A stretch of 64,000 nt of DNA. Source: Trichosphaerium sp. ATCC 40318. Lineage: Eukaryota > Protista > Tubulinea. The stretch lies in assembly GCA_038496445.1 (NCBI GenBank), contig JALMLS010000371.1:9456-73455 (forward strand), written 5' to 3'. Numbering within the stretch: the first letter of the stretch is position 1; every line of letters starts with the position of its first letter. Shown piece by piece: positions 12,201 through 24,702 of this stretch. Below the pieces are notes generated by a model that saw only the letters and a program-made list of their open reading frames with translations, was not told the origin of the DNA and ran no database searches. The translations under genes and the position numbers were made by a program.

Positions 12201-14904
12201 TAGTGAGTCGACTCGGAGAGCATTTCTTAAAACAACATTTGGGGTTTTTTGTGTGCACAAATCATACTTTTTTTTTTTTGTTTTTTTTTCGAGAGACTCA
12301 AAACCACCATGCACCTCGTTAAATCACCTTCGTTGTCTTCGACACAATGCGCATCAGCGTGTCTCCCGCTTCGTACGACAGTAACTAATGCCTATACCAG
12401 ACAGTCGAATCAAGAGTCTTTTATACAACAACTCAGAATGGACCATCAACGTTCCCGAGCGATGGATCTTACCTTTATATGCTCAAACAAACAAGAAAGC
12501 GACCGTAATCAACGCCCCAACAACACAGTGAACGGCAGTGTACAACAGCAACGACGATCGCCCCAAAGCAGCACAAATTGGGTGCCTACGAACTCTACTG
12601 CAGGCACTGCAAGAAGAACAACACAACCGAGTCAGGAAGATCTGAGTCGGTCCGAAGTAGAAACTGCGCAAATACTAGCAGGTTTGGAACACCGTGACAA
12701 GCCAGCCAAACACAAAGAAGCGGTTCCAGCACCAGAGCCAAGAAGAAAGAAAGTGGTGTTGCCGCGAAGCCTTGCTCCTCTTGACAAACTCAAAATCAAA
12801 CAACAGAACCAACACGCAAACGCTAACTTATGGTCGTATCAAGGGGCGCCAACGTACCATCATCAACCGGTTAGAAACTACGGTTATCAAACAAACTTTT
12901 ATCATCCGTATCCACCTGTCAACACAGCGTACGGTAGATTTCCTACTTCTGCCACAAAGCCACAACAGGTCTACCACGCGAACTTGATGTATTATCCTCA
13001 CCAGACAATGGCGACAACAACGAAGAGGATAAAACCGGAACGTTACATTTTCAAGGAGTCAAAAGCGCAGTGCAAGTCAAATGGTAACGTTAAGGAAAAA
13101 CAAAAATTGAAGCAAGTGCCGTCACCATCAAGGAAGCCTTGTCCTAACTGCTCATGTACAACCTCAACCCTTTGGAGATCTTGTGAACTGCGAGGCGGCG
13201 TTAAAGCGTACTTGTGCAACGCTTGCGGATTGCGATACAAGAAGGGCAAATTTTGTAGATATTGTTTTAAGGTATATTATGACGCTGACACCAACAGTTT
13301 GGAATGGTTACGATGTTCAACATGTCAAAATTGGTCTCACAAGACTTGCGTTTTCAACACAACAAAACCTGGTCCTCGGTATGTTCACACATGTCCAACT
13401 TGTAAACAAAAAGGTGGCTCTACGACGGGGACACATTAACAATTCAAAAAAAACCAACACCAACACACAAAACTCACCTCACACACGCACACTTCTTTCT
13501 CAAAAAAAAAAAAAGACATGTGCCTATACACCCACTTTACACGTCACGCACGCTCTTCTTTTGTACATAAAAAAATAAACTAATTTAAAACTATCAACCA
13601 ACAAAAAAAAAGCTGCACACAAGTTCTTCTTCACACTTCTCTCTCTCGCTTTAAAATGGTTTTTTTGTGTTTGTATTTAAATTGTGCGTACCTATGTGAT
13701 TGCACACTTTAGCCAGTTCTTGGTCCGGATGTTGGCAGTCGTGTACTGCAAGTGTGTCCATTATTGCGATATCTGCGTTCATTAAACGGCTGCGGTCGAG
13801 ATCTGACGCGTGTTTCATGTGCGTGTTACTAATTTCTGCGGAGGAAGACATGTAAATGATCTACAAAGGCGGTAGAGCCACGAAATGTTAATACACACAA
13901 ATTGAGCACATTGTTCGGACCTTTTGATATTGCGATTCTATTACCCAGTTCGCTCCTCCGAGACAATAACCAGAGCTCGTTGGTATGATTTTTAACGCGT
14001 CGTAGATCATCTAAAAAGATCGAGCTGTCAGTGATCATGAGAAGGCAGTTGGTTATTAGTAGTTTTCGTCAGAATACTTCAAAAAAAAAATGCTAAGGAG
14101 AGGTAACAAAAAACAACAAATTTAAATTGCTAGGCTCCAAGTACCGCTTCTTGGTTAAAGTTCATTGTTGTAATCTGCGCTAGAGCGTTATCTATCATTT
14201 CTTTTGTGAGTTGAGGCTTCCAGTACGGCAAGTTAGGCAACTGGTTCTGTACTTGCTCTGATAGACTCCTATATCATCAAAACATGTTAACTCTTTTGTT
14301 TTCGATGCTCATAGCTGCAATACATACTCGTATATGGACTGTACTTGTGACGTGGGGACATGCTTTTCATTGCTCATGTCTGATGAACAACAAAATCCAG
14401 ACAACTCGTATAGCAGTTGCCTATAAAAGTGTTAAGAGAGGTGATTGCACGCTAATAGAAATGACATACCTCCCAATAAATACTGTTGGTTCTGTGGCGA
14501 ATATCTTGCCTTGACAGAGCGCACGTGAGCTCAAATGAAACCATTGAATTGACAAGTGTTGTTGCAAACGTACCTTTAAAGTTTGTTGATGATGTTAGAT
14601 AGGGTAAACCCATTATATTTTCGTAGTTTGAAATGAGTACAATGTCTATCGTGCTCAGATCGAGATAGGCTGAGTCGATTGGCACGTGAAATCTATGAAT
14701 AACGTCAACATCACCTATAGGTGTACTCATGGCGCAATGTTGCACGGTGGAGATGAAGTGTATCGGCGGGAAGATTTAAATCAAATGTCATACAAAAAAA
14801 TGAAGAACTTTTAATTTTTGAGCTAAAACGCGGTGGGAAAGCTACCAATGCGCGTATTTAAACGTACCGTGGCTCTCCGAAGTTGTAATACACGTAGTTT
14901 CCAT
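9257..14904 (-). CDS. INTS9: Integrator complex subunit 9 (inactive MBL/beta-CASP), multi-exon with a ~2-kb intron
   Basis: IDIVLISNYENIMGLPYLT, FATEPT, GVVLLPCAPAGTIFDL, YSEIVAEW, KVYLPEPPFPH, PCIVFAGHPSLRFGD motifs. Confidence 0.9.
12309..13439 (+). CDS. Intronless zinc-finger protein: low-complexity N-terminus, GATA-type finger running into a PHD-like finger; nested in an INTS9 intron
   Basis: CPNC-x21-CNACGLRY then CRYC...WLRCSTCQNWSHKTC...CPTC; exact ATG uncertain (12309 or a later Met). Confidence 0.85.
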   Translation: MHLVKSPSLSSTQCASACLPLRTTVTNAYTRQSNQESFIQQLRMDHQRSRAMDLTFICSNKQESDRNQRPNNTVNGSVQQQRRSPQSSTNWVPTNSTAGTARRTTQPSQEDLSRSEVETAQILAGLEHRDKPAKHKEAVPAPEPRRKKVVLPRSLAPLDKLKIKQQNQHANANLWSYQGAPTYHHQPVRNYGYQTNFYHPYPPVNTAYGRFPTSATKPQQVYHANLMYYPHQTMATTTKRIKPERYIFKESKAQCKSNGNVKEKQKLKQVPSPSRKPCPNCSCTTSTLWRSCELRGGVKAYLCNACGLRYKKGKFCRYCFKVYYDADTNSLEWLRCSTCQNWSHKTCVFNTTKPGPRYVHTCPTCKQKGGSTTGTH

Positions 14905-15272
14905 GTTGTAAAAACAAATTTTGATCAGTGTATTGAGATGTGCTGTGAGTACGGTTTGGTATAAGATTTGATAAAGACTTGAACTCTATGCCACAATCGA
15001 GAAGAATAGTTGTATTTTTGAACGTAATGATAGTACAAGCCGCATGTGGATTCTTCCCCAGCGAATGCTACGTAGTTTGAGCGTTTCTGGCGGTTACAAG
15101 CGAAATTTACTAATAACGCACCAATTTCATCTCAACGAGCCAAAATACGCCAAACTAATAGCTAGTGATGCTTTTCGTGTGGTTTTTCTCAAAAAGTCGG
15201 TTAAGCCACCCCCCAAAATGTAAAATACAATACAACACGCAAAACGCAGACTTTAGTTTACTGGCAAGTACA

Positions 15273-16130
15273 TTACAAAGGACAAGCGTATTTTGAATTG
15301 ATTCTAAAGTGGTACTGATCACCAAGTATGACACCTTCAGTTTTTTGGTTAGTTAGACGTCATAGTATGGCTGTCAATCACGCAGGTTAAAAACAATACT
15401 ACAATCGTACCTGGATGAGACGCATCGTTGTAATCTTTGCATGTCCTACAACGGTGAGAAAGGAGATAATGACAGTGTTACTTTGGTACCTGACGTGCTC
15501 CACGTGAAATTTTCCAAATTGAGTGGCATCGCAAATGAAATAAATACGTGCTTGGGATGAGGTTACGTGGTTTATGTAGTCTCCATGGTACAGGCTGTAA
15601 TACCCTTAGCGCCCTGACAATGCGACAAACTCGTACTTGAGCATCACACCATCTTTGAAAGGTGTTTCGTCCCATGCATAGACTGTTGAGTCACCAAGTG
15701 CCTTGACACATATTCAATGACTTGGTTTTGTGTTGTACTTATTGTCATACCTTGCACGTGGTTTTATTGGCGGATACCTGGTTGAGTGGTGATGCTCGCT
15801 TACAGCTGTCGAAAAAGGGTGCTACATCACCACAAGGAGACAACTGAAACCAAAAGTTTTCCACGTGACCTTGTTGAGCCTATTATTCACTAAACGACCG
15901 TCATATATACGTGCCTGTATCATTCAGAGGCTGTTGCCACACGTATGAACCGTTTCTAGGATAGTAAGCAAATGCCAAAGGGTAGTGGCGCCAAGGTGGG
16001 CACCAACGTACGATGGTATTAATGCTGTTAAATCGTAATTTTTTCCAGCCGCTGTAAACTTGCAAGGTATGGTCGTAGCGGTAGCACCAACGATGACGAA
16101 GACTGTCAGAATATAGTAAAATTTATCCAT
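15273..16130 (-). CDS. Secreted protein with a mannose-6-phosphate-receptor-homology (MRH)-like domain, multi-exon
   Basis: Signal peptide; CKFTAAGKNYDLTAL, FWFQLSPCG, C-terminal YHFRINSKYACPL. Confidence 0.7.
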
Positions 16131-16353
16131 AATGATGACCCTTTTGTACGTGAGTTTTTAAGAACGGACCAATTTTTTTTTATTTAAGGCACGCCATTGT
16201 TTCTTGTTTTGAGCGCTATACAACAAAGCGCTATGAGCGCCTCCCAAAAAAGGGTTTTCTGTTATTTAAGTAAGTTTTATTTGGTTTTTTTTGTACATCA
16301 CCGTTATTAGTATCCTTTTTGTTTCTGGAGCGTGAGGACCATTGACGGGCTAG

Positions 16354-16975
16354 TTAGTTAACCCGGGCATTTTGGTTCGAGTTGTACCCAAAAAAGAAAA
16401 GGAGAATCTGCAGGAAGAAGCACAAGAAGTACAACACCGTGAAAGCGGCAAAGCTGGCCCATAATAGTGCGCGATTGAGGTATCGTACGCTATATTCCTC
16501 TTGCTTCTTGAGGAATAAGAACATACCGTGTACCAGTTCACCGAGGAGGTTCATAAAGCAGTAGATAAATATAATTTCGTTGGGTTCAAGTGCAACAATG
16601 AGCGCAGCCGATATGAGCAAATGACCAACTATCTGACATATTACGAAAGCGAGAGCTATGAGTTCGCCTTCGAGAAAGCGAAACACAACCCACGCTATGT
16701 ATAACAGCATGATAAATACAAAGAATCCAATTTGTGCCTACGGTAAACGCATTAGAGAAACCTGGACAACTGTATGGTGTAGAGCGAAAACCACGGGCCG
16801 AATTGCTAAAATAGTATTTTACCCCTCTCATTGGCAACAGCTTGTTATCTATCGTCGTATAGTGCGCGAAGGATGCAAGGGACGCTCCAATTGCTATTGT
16901 TTTGAGTATCATCTCGATCCACCCCAAAGGTACATAGACCCTCCAATCGCAACGCCATCGTGACTCTGAAGACAT
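16354..16975 (-). CDS. Small multi-pass membrane protein of unknown function
   Basis: Two hydrophobic ORF segments joined by one apparent intron. Confidence 0.65.
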
Positions 16976-17325
16976 AGCTACACTGTTGTTATGTTATGCC
17001 GGTTATGAAGCGTAAAAACTTTGACGGGATCGCAAAAGGCGAAAGGGTAAAAAATTTGTAACTAATTTCATGGTTGAAGTGTACAAAACGAACTAATCGG
17101 GCCGCACCTGCGTAATCTGTGCCTGTCTCTCCTTCTGTCATGTTGAAATGAAGCGAAAGGTATATGGAATGGGTGGCTTGGTACAACTATGTGATTCTAT
17201 CGTTGTTGACGTCGTACACGTACTTCAAATTTAAAGAATAAGCCGTTTAAGTCAAAATGCTTTAAAAATAAAACGTCAGAATGCGTCATTTAAGTGCACT
17301 GTACAATCCAAAGGTGTAATACGCG

Positions 17326-18870
17326 ATGGTCCTGATAATTGAGTTGTATCCTATTTAATTTACAATCTTACATTGCCTTTCTATGTTTTGCTTCATTCTA
17401 GTCGCATTCCGCTCCCATTTACGCAAGCAGAGGTGCGTAGCGCAATGTATTATTAATCAACATTTTACATTGTGGGTTAACGCCTCTAGTACGCACGAGG
17501 ACACGTATATATGGTTTCCAGAGCGTCTAAAGAAGAAACTGAAGGGAAAGAAGGCGTAGAGGTTACAACTTCGTCTAGAGGCGCGTAGACCACTAAATAG
17601 CCTCTAGGTAGTAAGCAGGACGCCATTTGAAACCGAAGATGGTACTAAAGGCATTACATCGCATAAAGTTATTCATTTGGACACGTACGCGCCTGTAATC
17701 TCGTCATTTGGATTGACGGTAACTAGGAAATTACCACAGTGGGCAAGAACAATTGCTCGATCCATTGGCTTGGGTAAACACTTTGTAGTTGACGAGCGCT
17801 CCAAGAACATGTTTCCAAAGATAAGAACAGGTACGTTACCACTTGACATTCACGTAATCTTCCTTACATCTACGCACCAACATTGCGCTTACACACCGAG
17901 TAGAGTACACGGTGCGCTGAACACCACAGATATAGGAGCGTTATTGATAGGCTGTTTAGTGCCCGCTTTTGGGTGACCGAGCGCATGTTGTAGTCAAGAC
18001 ATTGCATGCAGAAGATGCTGGAAACACATACAATGTAATATATTCATTGTTTCGACATTGATATCAGCTCACGTCATGCTATTAGATTCATAATTTAGGA
18101 GCGAGAGCTCTTGATAAGCGAGAAATTGTGTACATAGATATAACAAGTGACAACTTCAATCAGGGTGAGTAGTAGTAGATGCACTTCATTATTTTTTTTT
18201 TTCAGTTCAGAAACAATTGAATGGAAAGTAAGTAACATGTGTTAGACTACTACAAGCGAGAAGAGGATCCAAAATTCAAAAAATCATTAAAAGCGAACCG
18301 TGGACCACTAAAGCCCGGCTTTTGGGTGAGTAGCAGTCATCAGCAGTAGCTTTTGACTGTTGTGACTAAATGCCTCATTTTGTTCTAGAAGAATGGATTC
18401 TCACCTGTTGTTTGTGCTTACAAGTTAGTGACTATAGATATCAACTTACCAGGCATACGTAATAGAGCTGAACGTTTAATGCAAGAGGTCCGTCATCTTC
18501 GACTGTACTGTTTCATCCAATTGTTGCTCACTACAATTGCAATAGATAATTCGCGATGTAATATTGCGGATACACAGGTAACGATGACCTCTCGCTTTAT
18601 TGTATGTCTTTAACACGTGATTTTTAGGCAATCCTTTGGTTGGATAGATGAGTGGTATGACATGACACAAGAAGAACTCGATGAGATGGCACAACAAGTT
18701 GCTATTGCTCTGAAAGAAGTGAGTATTCAGTTTGAATTGCACAACTTTAAAATAACATTTCCCGTTAGCATTTTGAAGGAAAGAGATCTTCCAATGGAGG
18801 AGCAATAGTGTCAACGCATTCGACAAACTCTAAACATGTGAGACGCCGGTGGTGGCGCGCAAAACTGTAA
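17326..18870 (+). CDS. Class I/II phosphatidylinositol transfer protein (IP_trans family), C-terminus ...RWWRAKL
   Basis: MVLIIEFRIPLP, EEDPKFKKSLKANRGPL, VCAYKLV, RQSFGWIDEWYDMT motifs. Confidence 0.9.
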
Positions 18871-19116
18871 AATGAACCACGAAGACTTTGTAAACTATAT
18901 TTTTGACAAATTCGCGAAAATTTCGCTTAGTAATTAGCTGACAGGCCCTTAGTCGTTGCGAAGCTACTACTGTATGCCTAGCGTACCAAGTGCGATGAAT
19001 GAAACGGGCGTTGCTCGTATAGAACATTCTAGAAGCCCAAAAAACAGCTCAGAAGTTTCACGTTTGTTGAATGGTATTCGTTCAGAAAATTCAAAAACCA
19101 TTAAAATCAATCAGCA

Positions 19117-20725
19117 ATGCACCACGTCCTCTATCCGCAAATTGTTATTCAGCCACAGCAAGCTACAGTAGTGTTGCCTATGCTGGAAGTGCCAGAAGAC
19201 ACAAAACCCGGTCTGCAAATCGTAAAACAGCTATCTGAAGCTAGGGAAAAATACTCCTTCGATGGCGTGACGCTAAATGGGCATGTAGTTGTTAAAAACT
19301 GTCCTTTTCAAATTACCGCACGCATCTGCAAGAACGTACCCACAGCCGACTTGAATACAGCTAAAATCGAAGCGGTGTTATTCTACGAGGAAAAGAAAGA
19401 CGGTAAAGACTTCCCTGTAGCCTCGTTTAAAAAATCGCCGCTCTTGGTTTCTACAACCGTACACGACGATGGTCGTTCAGTTACATCGGAATTCAAACTC
19501 CAGGTATGTTTTAACTTCGTTACTAACTTTCTAGTTGTTTCGACTTTTTTGGGCTTCGTTGGGCGGTTGGTAAGAGTTCTGGTTTACAAGGCAAGATTTA
19601 CGCGCAACGAATCGCCGCCTCTCGATCCTCACAAGTTCTACCACTCAATTCACGTTGAAAAGATTACGTTGTTCTTCCATGTTGTTGCTAATAAACATGT
19701 TGAACTTTCGACTCTGCTTCTCTGTTAGATTTTTTTTTTTGTGACTCCTTGAAATGACGGCTACACCATTCTTCCCCAATAGTTATATGCCTCATTTCAA
19801 TAGTTGGCGTTATCGACAACGCCCCAAAAAACCTTTTTTTTTTTTTTTCCGCTCTTCAACCCAGTTCCATCGGTTATTCCCCCCAAGTTAGCCAAACAAC
19901 TCTGTTAAAGAAACACCTCTGATGATTTGTAAAGGTTCTATCGTCCCAACACCAAGGGGCTCGATTTCGCATCAGGATACGAATCCTAAATCCTATGACA
20001 GAAGAGTTGATCCATCCCGACCTTGTTACGTTTTCAGAGGCAATGAGAGTCGTATCAAAACGCGACCAGTTGTACAGAAATACAACAGCAAAAAGAGCGC
20101 CAAAACGAAAGAGCGCTGCTGCCTCACAAGTCGATATTCTCTTGAAAATCGAAGAAAGATTGGTCGAACAGGAAAAGAGACAAGCCGAAGAGTGGAAGCA
20201 GAGAACTGCACAATTAGATAAACAAACACAGCAGCTAGCTCAACTTGTACAAACAATCACAACGGCCAACAACATGAAACAAGTACGTCTCGTCACATTT
20301 CCCTCTTTTTTCTTTTTTTTTTTCTGCATGTCTAGTAGGCTAACATAAAGTGTCTCTTAGGAATCTCAAGACGAACAAAAATCAGCACCTGATTTATGCC
20401 AAGCACTTCACAACGTCATAAGAGCATACCACGCTACAGATGAGTGTGACCGACCTAAAAAATTGAGAAAAGTTATGCGAGAAACAGATGGAGAAGTCAT
20501 CGCTGTTGTTGGTACGTCAAATTATCTTTTTTTTCTCTTTTTCGCGCCTCGTAACACCTTGTTCTAACGCTTTCACTAGGAGACATTACACAATCTATGG
20601 GAATGCTCGATGGCCAAACTGCGTCATGCCCTCTCCCACAGTGTCCAAACCGCGATAACATTGCACGTCAAGAACAATTTCACACTGAGATTGACGACTT
20701 CTTCTCAGACTATTTGAAAATCTAA
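19117..20725 (+). CDS. CudA-family (STAT-like DNA-binding) transcription factor, multi-exon
   Basis: HVVVKNCPF...KLQVLSSQHQGLDFRIRI...SEAMRVVSK core, then a coiled coil and a C-terminal CPLPQCP...IDDFF, as in amoebozoan CudA-like proteins. Confidence 0.8.
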
Positions 20726-21067
20726 ACGAAGAACAAACACACCTTTGGCCTCATGATGAAGAAAAAAAAACCAACACAAAAACAATTTTAGAAAACCCTT
20801 GTAAACTTAATAATCAAAAATCCTTGTACTTTTACCCTCTCCACTCGCTTGTCGTTTACTACCCGTCCCAGTAATATTTCACGTCCTAGATGTAGTAGTA
20901 CTATTACTGCGTTATGTGTATTAAAAATACGCCATCAGGTGGCACGTGTCTATCGTTCTACTGATCTTGCAATCGGTTGATTTGTACTGAAAAAAAACCA
21001 ATAAAATAAAGTGATCATTCGTTTTCTACAATCGTCTTTATTGCGCAACAGCGCTCCATTTTCATCA

Positions 21068-21424
21068 TCAACTCTCTGTTGTGCTTACCATATGTTCAAG
21101 CATCAACATTCTGTTTTCGAGGACTGTCAATTTTGTATTGATACGCGCTAACTTGGCACGTGTCCTCACTTCGAACATGTTTAAGAACTCTACAATTTTT
21201 TTAATGCTATCCACATAATGGCCAATCTCTTCGCGTTGGTTATAGTCCTGTTGTATATGAGACGAACCAGAGTCCACTACGAAAGAATTTTAGTCATTTT
21301 TAGAGTCATCACGTGTTAGGAGGTCTACCGGACGATATTAACCGCCTCTAACACTAATAGACGCACATGCAGGCGCAACCCCACCCGCTACGGTATGGGA
21401 ACGTTTGTCCCGTTTGCGCGACAT
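21068..21424 (-). CDS. BRK1: BRICK1/HSPC300 subunit of the SCAR/WAVE complex
   Basis: IQQDYNQREEI...SIKKIVEFLNMFEVRTRAKLARINTKLTVLE; short first exon inferred at 21424. Confidence 0.85.
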
Positions 21425-21625
21425 AGTACAAACGCTAAATGGTTACTTATCTAAATAGTACGTCGAAACACTCTGGTTACCCGACCTGGCAGGATTTTTA
21501 GCGTCACTTAGCTCTACCTTAACATTGGCGTTGGAAACTCTAGAGTTCTACAAGCTTTAACACTAACTATGGGCTTGCATAGTTTTTGAGAGTCTTACAT
21601 TAAAAACAGTGAAAGTGGAGTTGCA

Positions 21626-22137
21626 TTAGTCGAAAGAGGATTTATTTACACATCCGAATAAAATTTGTTTTAGACTTCTTTTTCGTGGTCCCACATGAAG
21701 TGATGTAAGTTTTGTAGATACTCTTGGTAGCCATATATCATTTAATAGTTCTGTAGCTGTAGGTCGTTGACGTGGATGTGGTGTCAAGAGCTTATTTAAA
21801 AATTGTATGTCTTCTGAACTCAAGTAGTTCCAGTATCGCGACCACGATAATCCGCCGCTCGCCCATATTGCAACTTGATCTTTCTCTTCACCTGTGAGTT
21901 GGTGGTGTACGAGTCCAGTTAGCATGCCGAATGTACATACGCCTAGACTCCATATATCAAAGGCAGGATGTATCGCACTTCCTTCTATCCACAGTTCAGG
22001 TGGAAAGTACTCCTTTGTACCAACCCACTCGTAATCGCAAGGTTGTGATTCTGTTGTTGTTATTGTTAGACCAAAGTCAGCTATCTTTATGAAACCGTCG
22101 ACACCGATCAAGATATTTTCTAAAGAGGAAGTTAGTT

Positions 22138-22168
<31 letters not shown>

Positions 22169-22764
22169 GGCGTTGTAAATCATTTCGTTCTACTTACCAG
22201 GTTTGATGTCATGGTGTATTACATTAAAGGTATGTAGGTGTTTAAGTCCAAGCAGTACTTGTCGTACAACATTTGCGACAATGGGCCGTGTGAGCATGTC
22301 TTTGTAGTTTAGAATAATTTCCATCATATCAACTGTAGCACGTTCTAATACGAGCACTGGGTTTCCTACAAAGAAAAATTTAGAACACAAAAAAAATTCC
22401 TATCGTTGAAAAAATCACGTGTGATTTTATGATAAAAGATAAAAAAAATTCCTTTGTTGGGTTGAGAAAATATTAAACCCTTACCTTTTTGGAGAAAACA
22501 ACTGTGTAATCGAAGTATATTCTTGTGTTTAGCGAGCTGCATTACTTGAATTTCTCGTAAAACGAATTCAGCGTTATCAGCGCAAAAAGCCTTGGAAATG
22601 ACCTTAAGCGCCACCTTATCCTTTGATTTCTTGTCTTTAGCGGCAAGGACGTATGCTGTCCCTCCAGTACCAATCTTGCGGGTTACTTTATAGTCCCTGA
22701 GACTAGATTGTTTGTAGCTATTTTGCTTTGCAAGTACATGTTGTAGAAGTGTTGTAACGTCCAT
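21626..22764 (-). CDS. Ser/Thr protein kinase (non-RD), 3 exons
   Basis: GTGGTAYV, VALK, IHHDIKP/ENIL, DFG, GTKEYFPPE, DIWSLG. Confidence 0.92.
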
Positions 22765-23193
22765 GTTGTTTTAAGATAATGATGTGAATCACGCAAAATT
22801 ACTTGTTATCATCAAAAACTGCACGTCTTTCGAGAGCACTCGAGAATCTGTACTACTAGCGCTTGTAATACTATACGAGGCGTTTTTTTGAGAGCTTGGT
22901 ACCGACATTTATCACGCTACACGCTTTACTACCAAAAATTTAAATCACGTGTACCACCCGGATAATTAGTTTGCCACAACAAGGGAACCGCCGGCAGTAC
23001 TGTTTAGAAACGTAAAACCCAGCCAACAACCAAAACTTTAAAAAGGCGCCTGGAGGAAGAAGGAAAACTATATCGCTATCCGTTTAATGGAAATACGACC
23101 GATTTTAGGTGAAAAACCCACAAGAAGGCAGCTAGCGAATTTCGTTTATCTGAAAACTATTCATTCGCCTTTTGTTTAGGCTGTTGGGACAAT

Positions 23194-24607
23194 TTATTGC
23201 GCTACGCGAAGCACAAATACTTGGCGATCTTTAGACGATGTTGTATAACCAGAAACGACTACAACGTCAGCAAACGATTGTCGGACGCATGCGTATTGTA
23301 GTTTTGGCGTAGTGTTTAGCTTTATAAAATGTGGGTAGCCAGAAACCATTTTATAAATGCCGTCTTTGGCGCCCACAAACATATCACCATTGCTACGCAC
23401 TGCCATAGACATGCCACTATAGAAACTACGAAATATTGGCCTGACGTCACCTTTCGTCAGGATTGAGATGCCTTGGAAACACGTTCAGTCACCAAAACCC
23501 GAAAAACTTAAAACTTATAATTTTGGGATTTGCCCAAGGCACGCTTCTTACCTTCTATGGTTGCCACATACGTGTTACCGTTCTCAAGTAGTCGGTCAGC
23601 ACATAAACACAAGGATTTTAAAAAAAAAGAAGTACCCCATCTCGTGCTACATCCGTTGGGTATAGTACGCTGTGTCCTAAAGCAATCAATGGTTATCTCA
23701 TCGTTTTAAAGTGTGCGTTTTCTACGCAGTTACTTGCACAAATCCCGCGTACCTCCCGCTACAGTCGTGACGTGTCCATCTGGAGATACGCTTCGCACCT
23801 ATACGTATAGCATCAGAGACTGTATAACGGTAATCAGAAGCAAATTTCAACTTACTGCATGGTTTTTCCTATCTGCAACTAAGAGATTGGCTTGCGCGTC
23901 TACACATATTCCATAAGGTTTATGAAACAATGCAGTAGCGCCATCAGCGTATCCTAAGAATGGTATTAGCTTACTTTTAGAAATTGTTATTACTTACCAC
24001 TCTGCTTTGGTGTTCCGGCAAAGGGCGTAATAGTTTTAGACTTGACGTGGATTTTTTTGATGCAGTTTGCAGCCGTGTCGGCTACAAGTATATGCTCTCT
24101 GTAACAGAACGATTACGTACATGCAATATCTTAAATCGTACGTACTTATCTAGTACAACTACTCCACCAATCTCGTTGATGGAATTGCACACAAGAACAT
24201 TCTGCGTAGCTGAATCTATTTCGTCTTGAGTAGCCGACTCCGTCAGGAGACACAAAGGTTTCTAGTCGTGTAAGAAATATAACAATAGATGATGCGATCT
24301 TGCGTACGCAGCCAACGGTGATTTGCTTGTGTCGATATAGCGAATGTTGCATATCCGCTTGGTGGAGTGTGTAGGATCTGACTGTTTCCTGGCGTTTGTT
24401 ATGTTTGTAGCGCAAAGTGCTTTTTTTTCGTACTTGCATATAACGTGATGAATCAATCACCCTTTTAATACCTCTGCACGTTATTCGTGTGTTCATCAAG
24501 TACCGTGGTGACATTTCTAAGCAAATACAAGAAAGCAACTCAAAAGGTAGGTCGAGCAATGTCGTTGTGAATGAGTAACGGTGATGAGGTTGCAAGCTGA
24601 GTTTCAT
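23194..24607 (-). CDS. F-box + NHL/beta-propeller protein, multi-exon
   Basis: LLDLPFELLSCICLEM F-box; FHKPYGICVD...LLVADRKNHAV NHL-like repeat. Confidence 0.75.
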
Positions 24608-24702
24608 ATTGCGTGTCAGTGAATGGTTAAGCACAATGGCGCGTAGCTACCTGCGGCACGTACATGCATAAAAGGAGACTTTTTTTGCACGTGTTTTTTA
24701 TT

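Noticed and set aside
15770-15780. GTATCC on the minus strand as a U12 donor in the MRH gene
   Set aside because: Lies in a continuous coding frame (NQVSANKTTCK)
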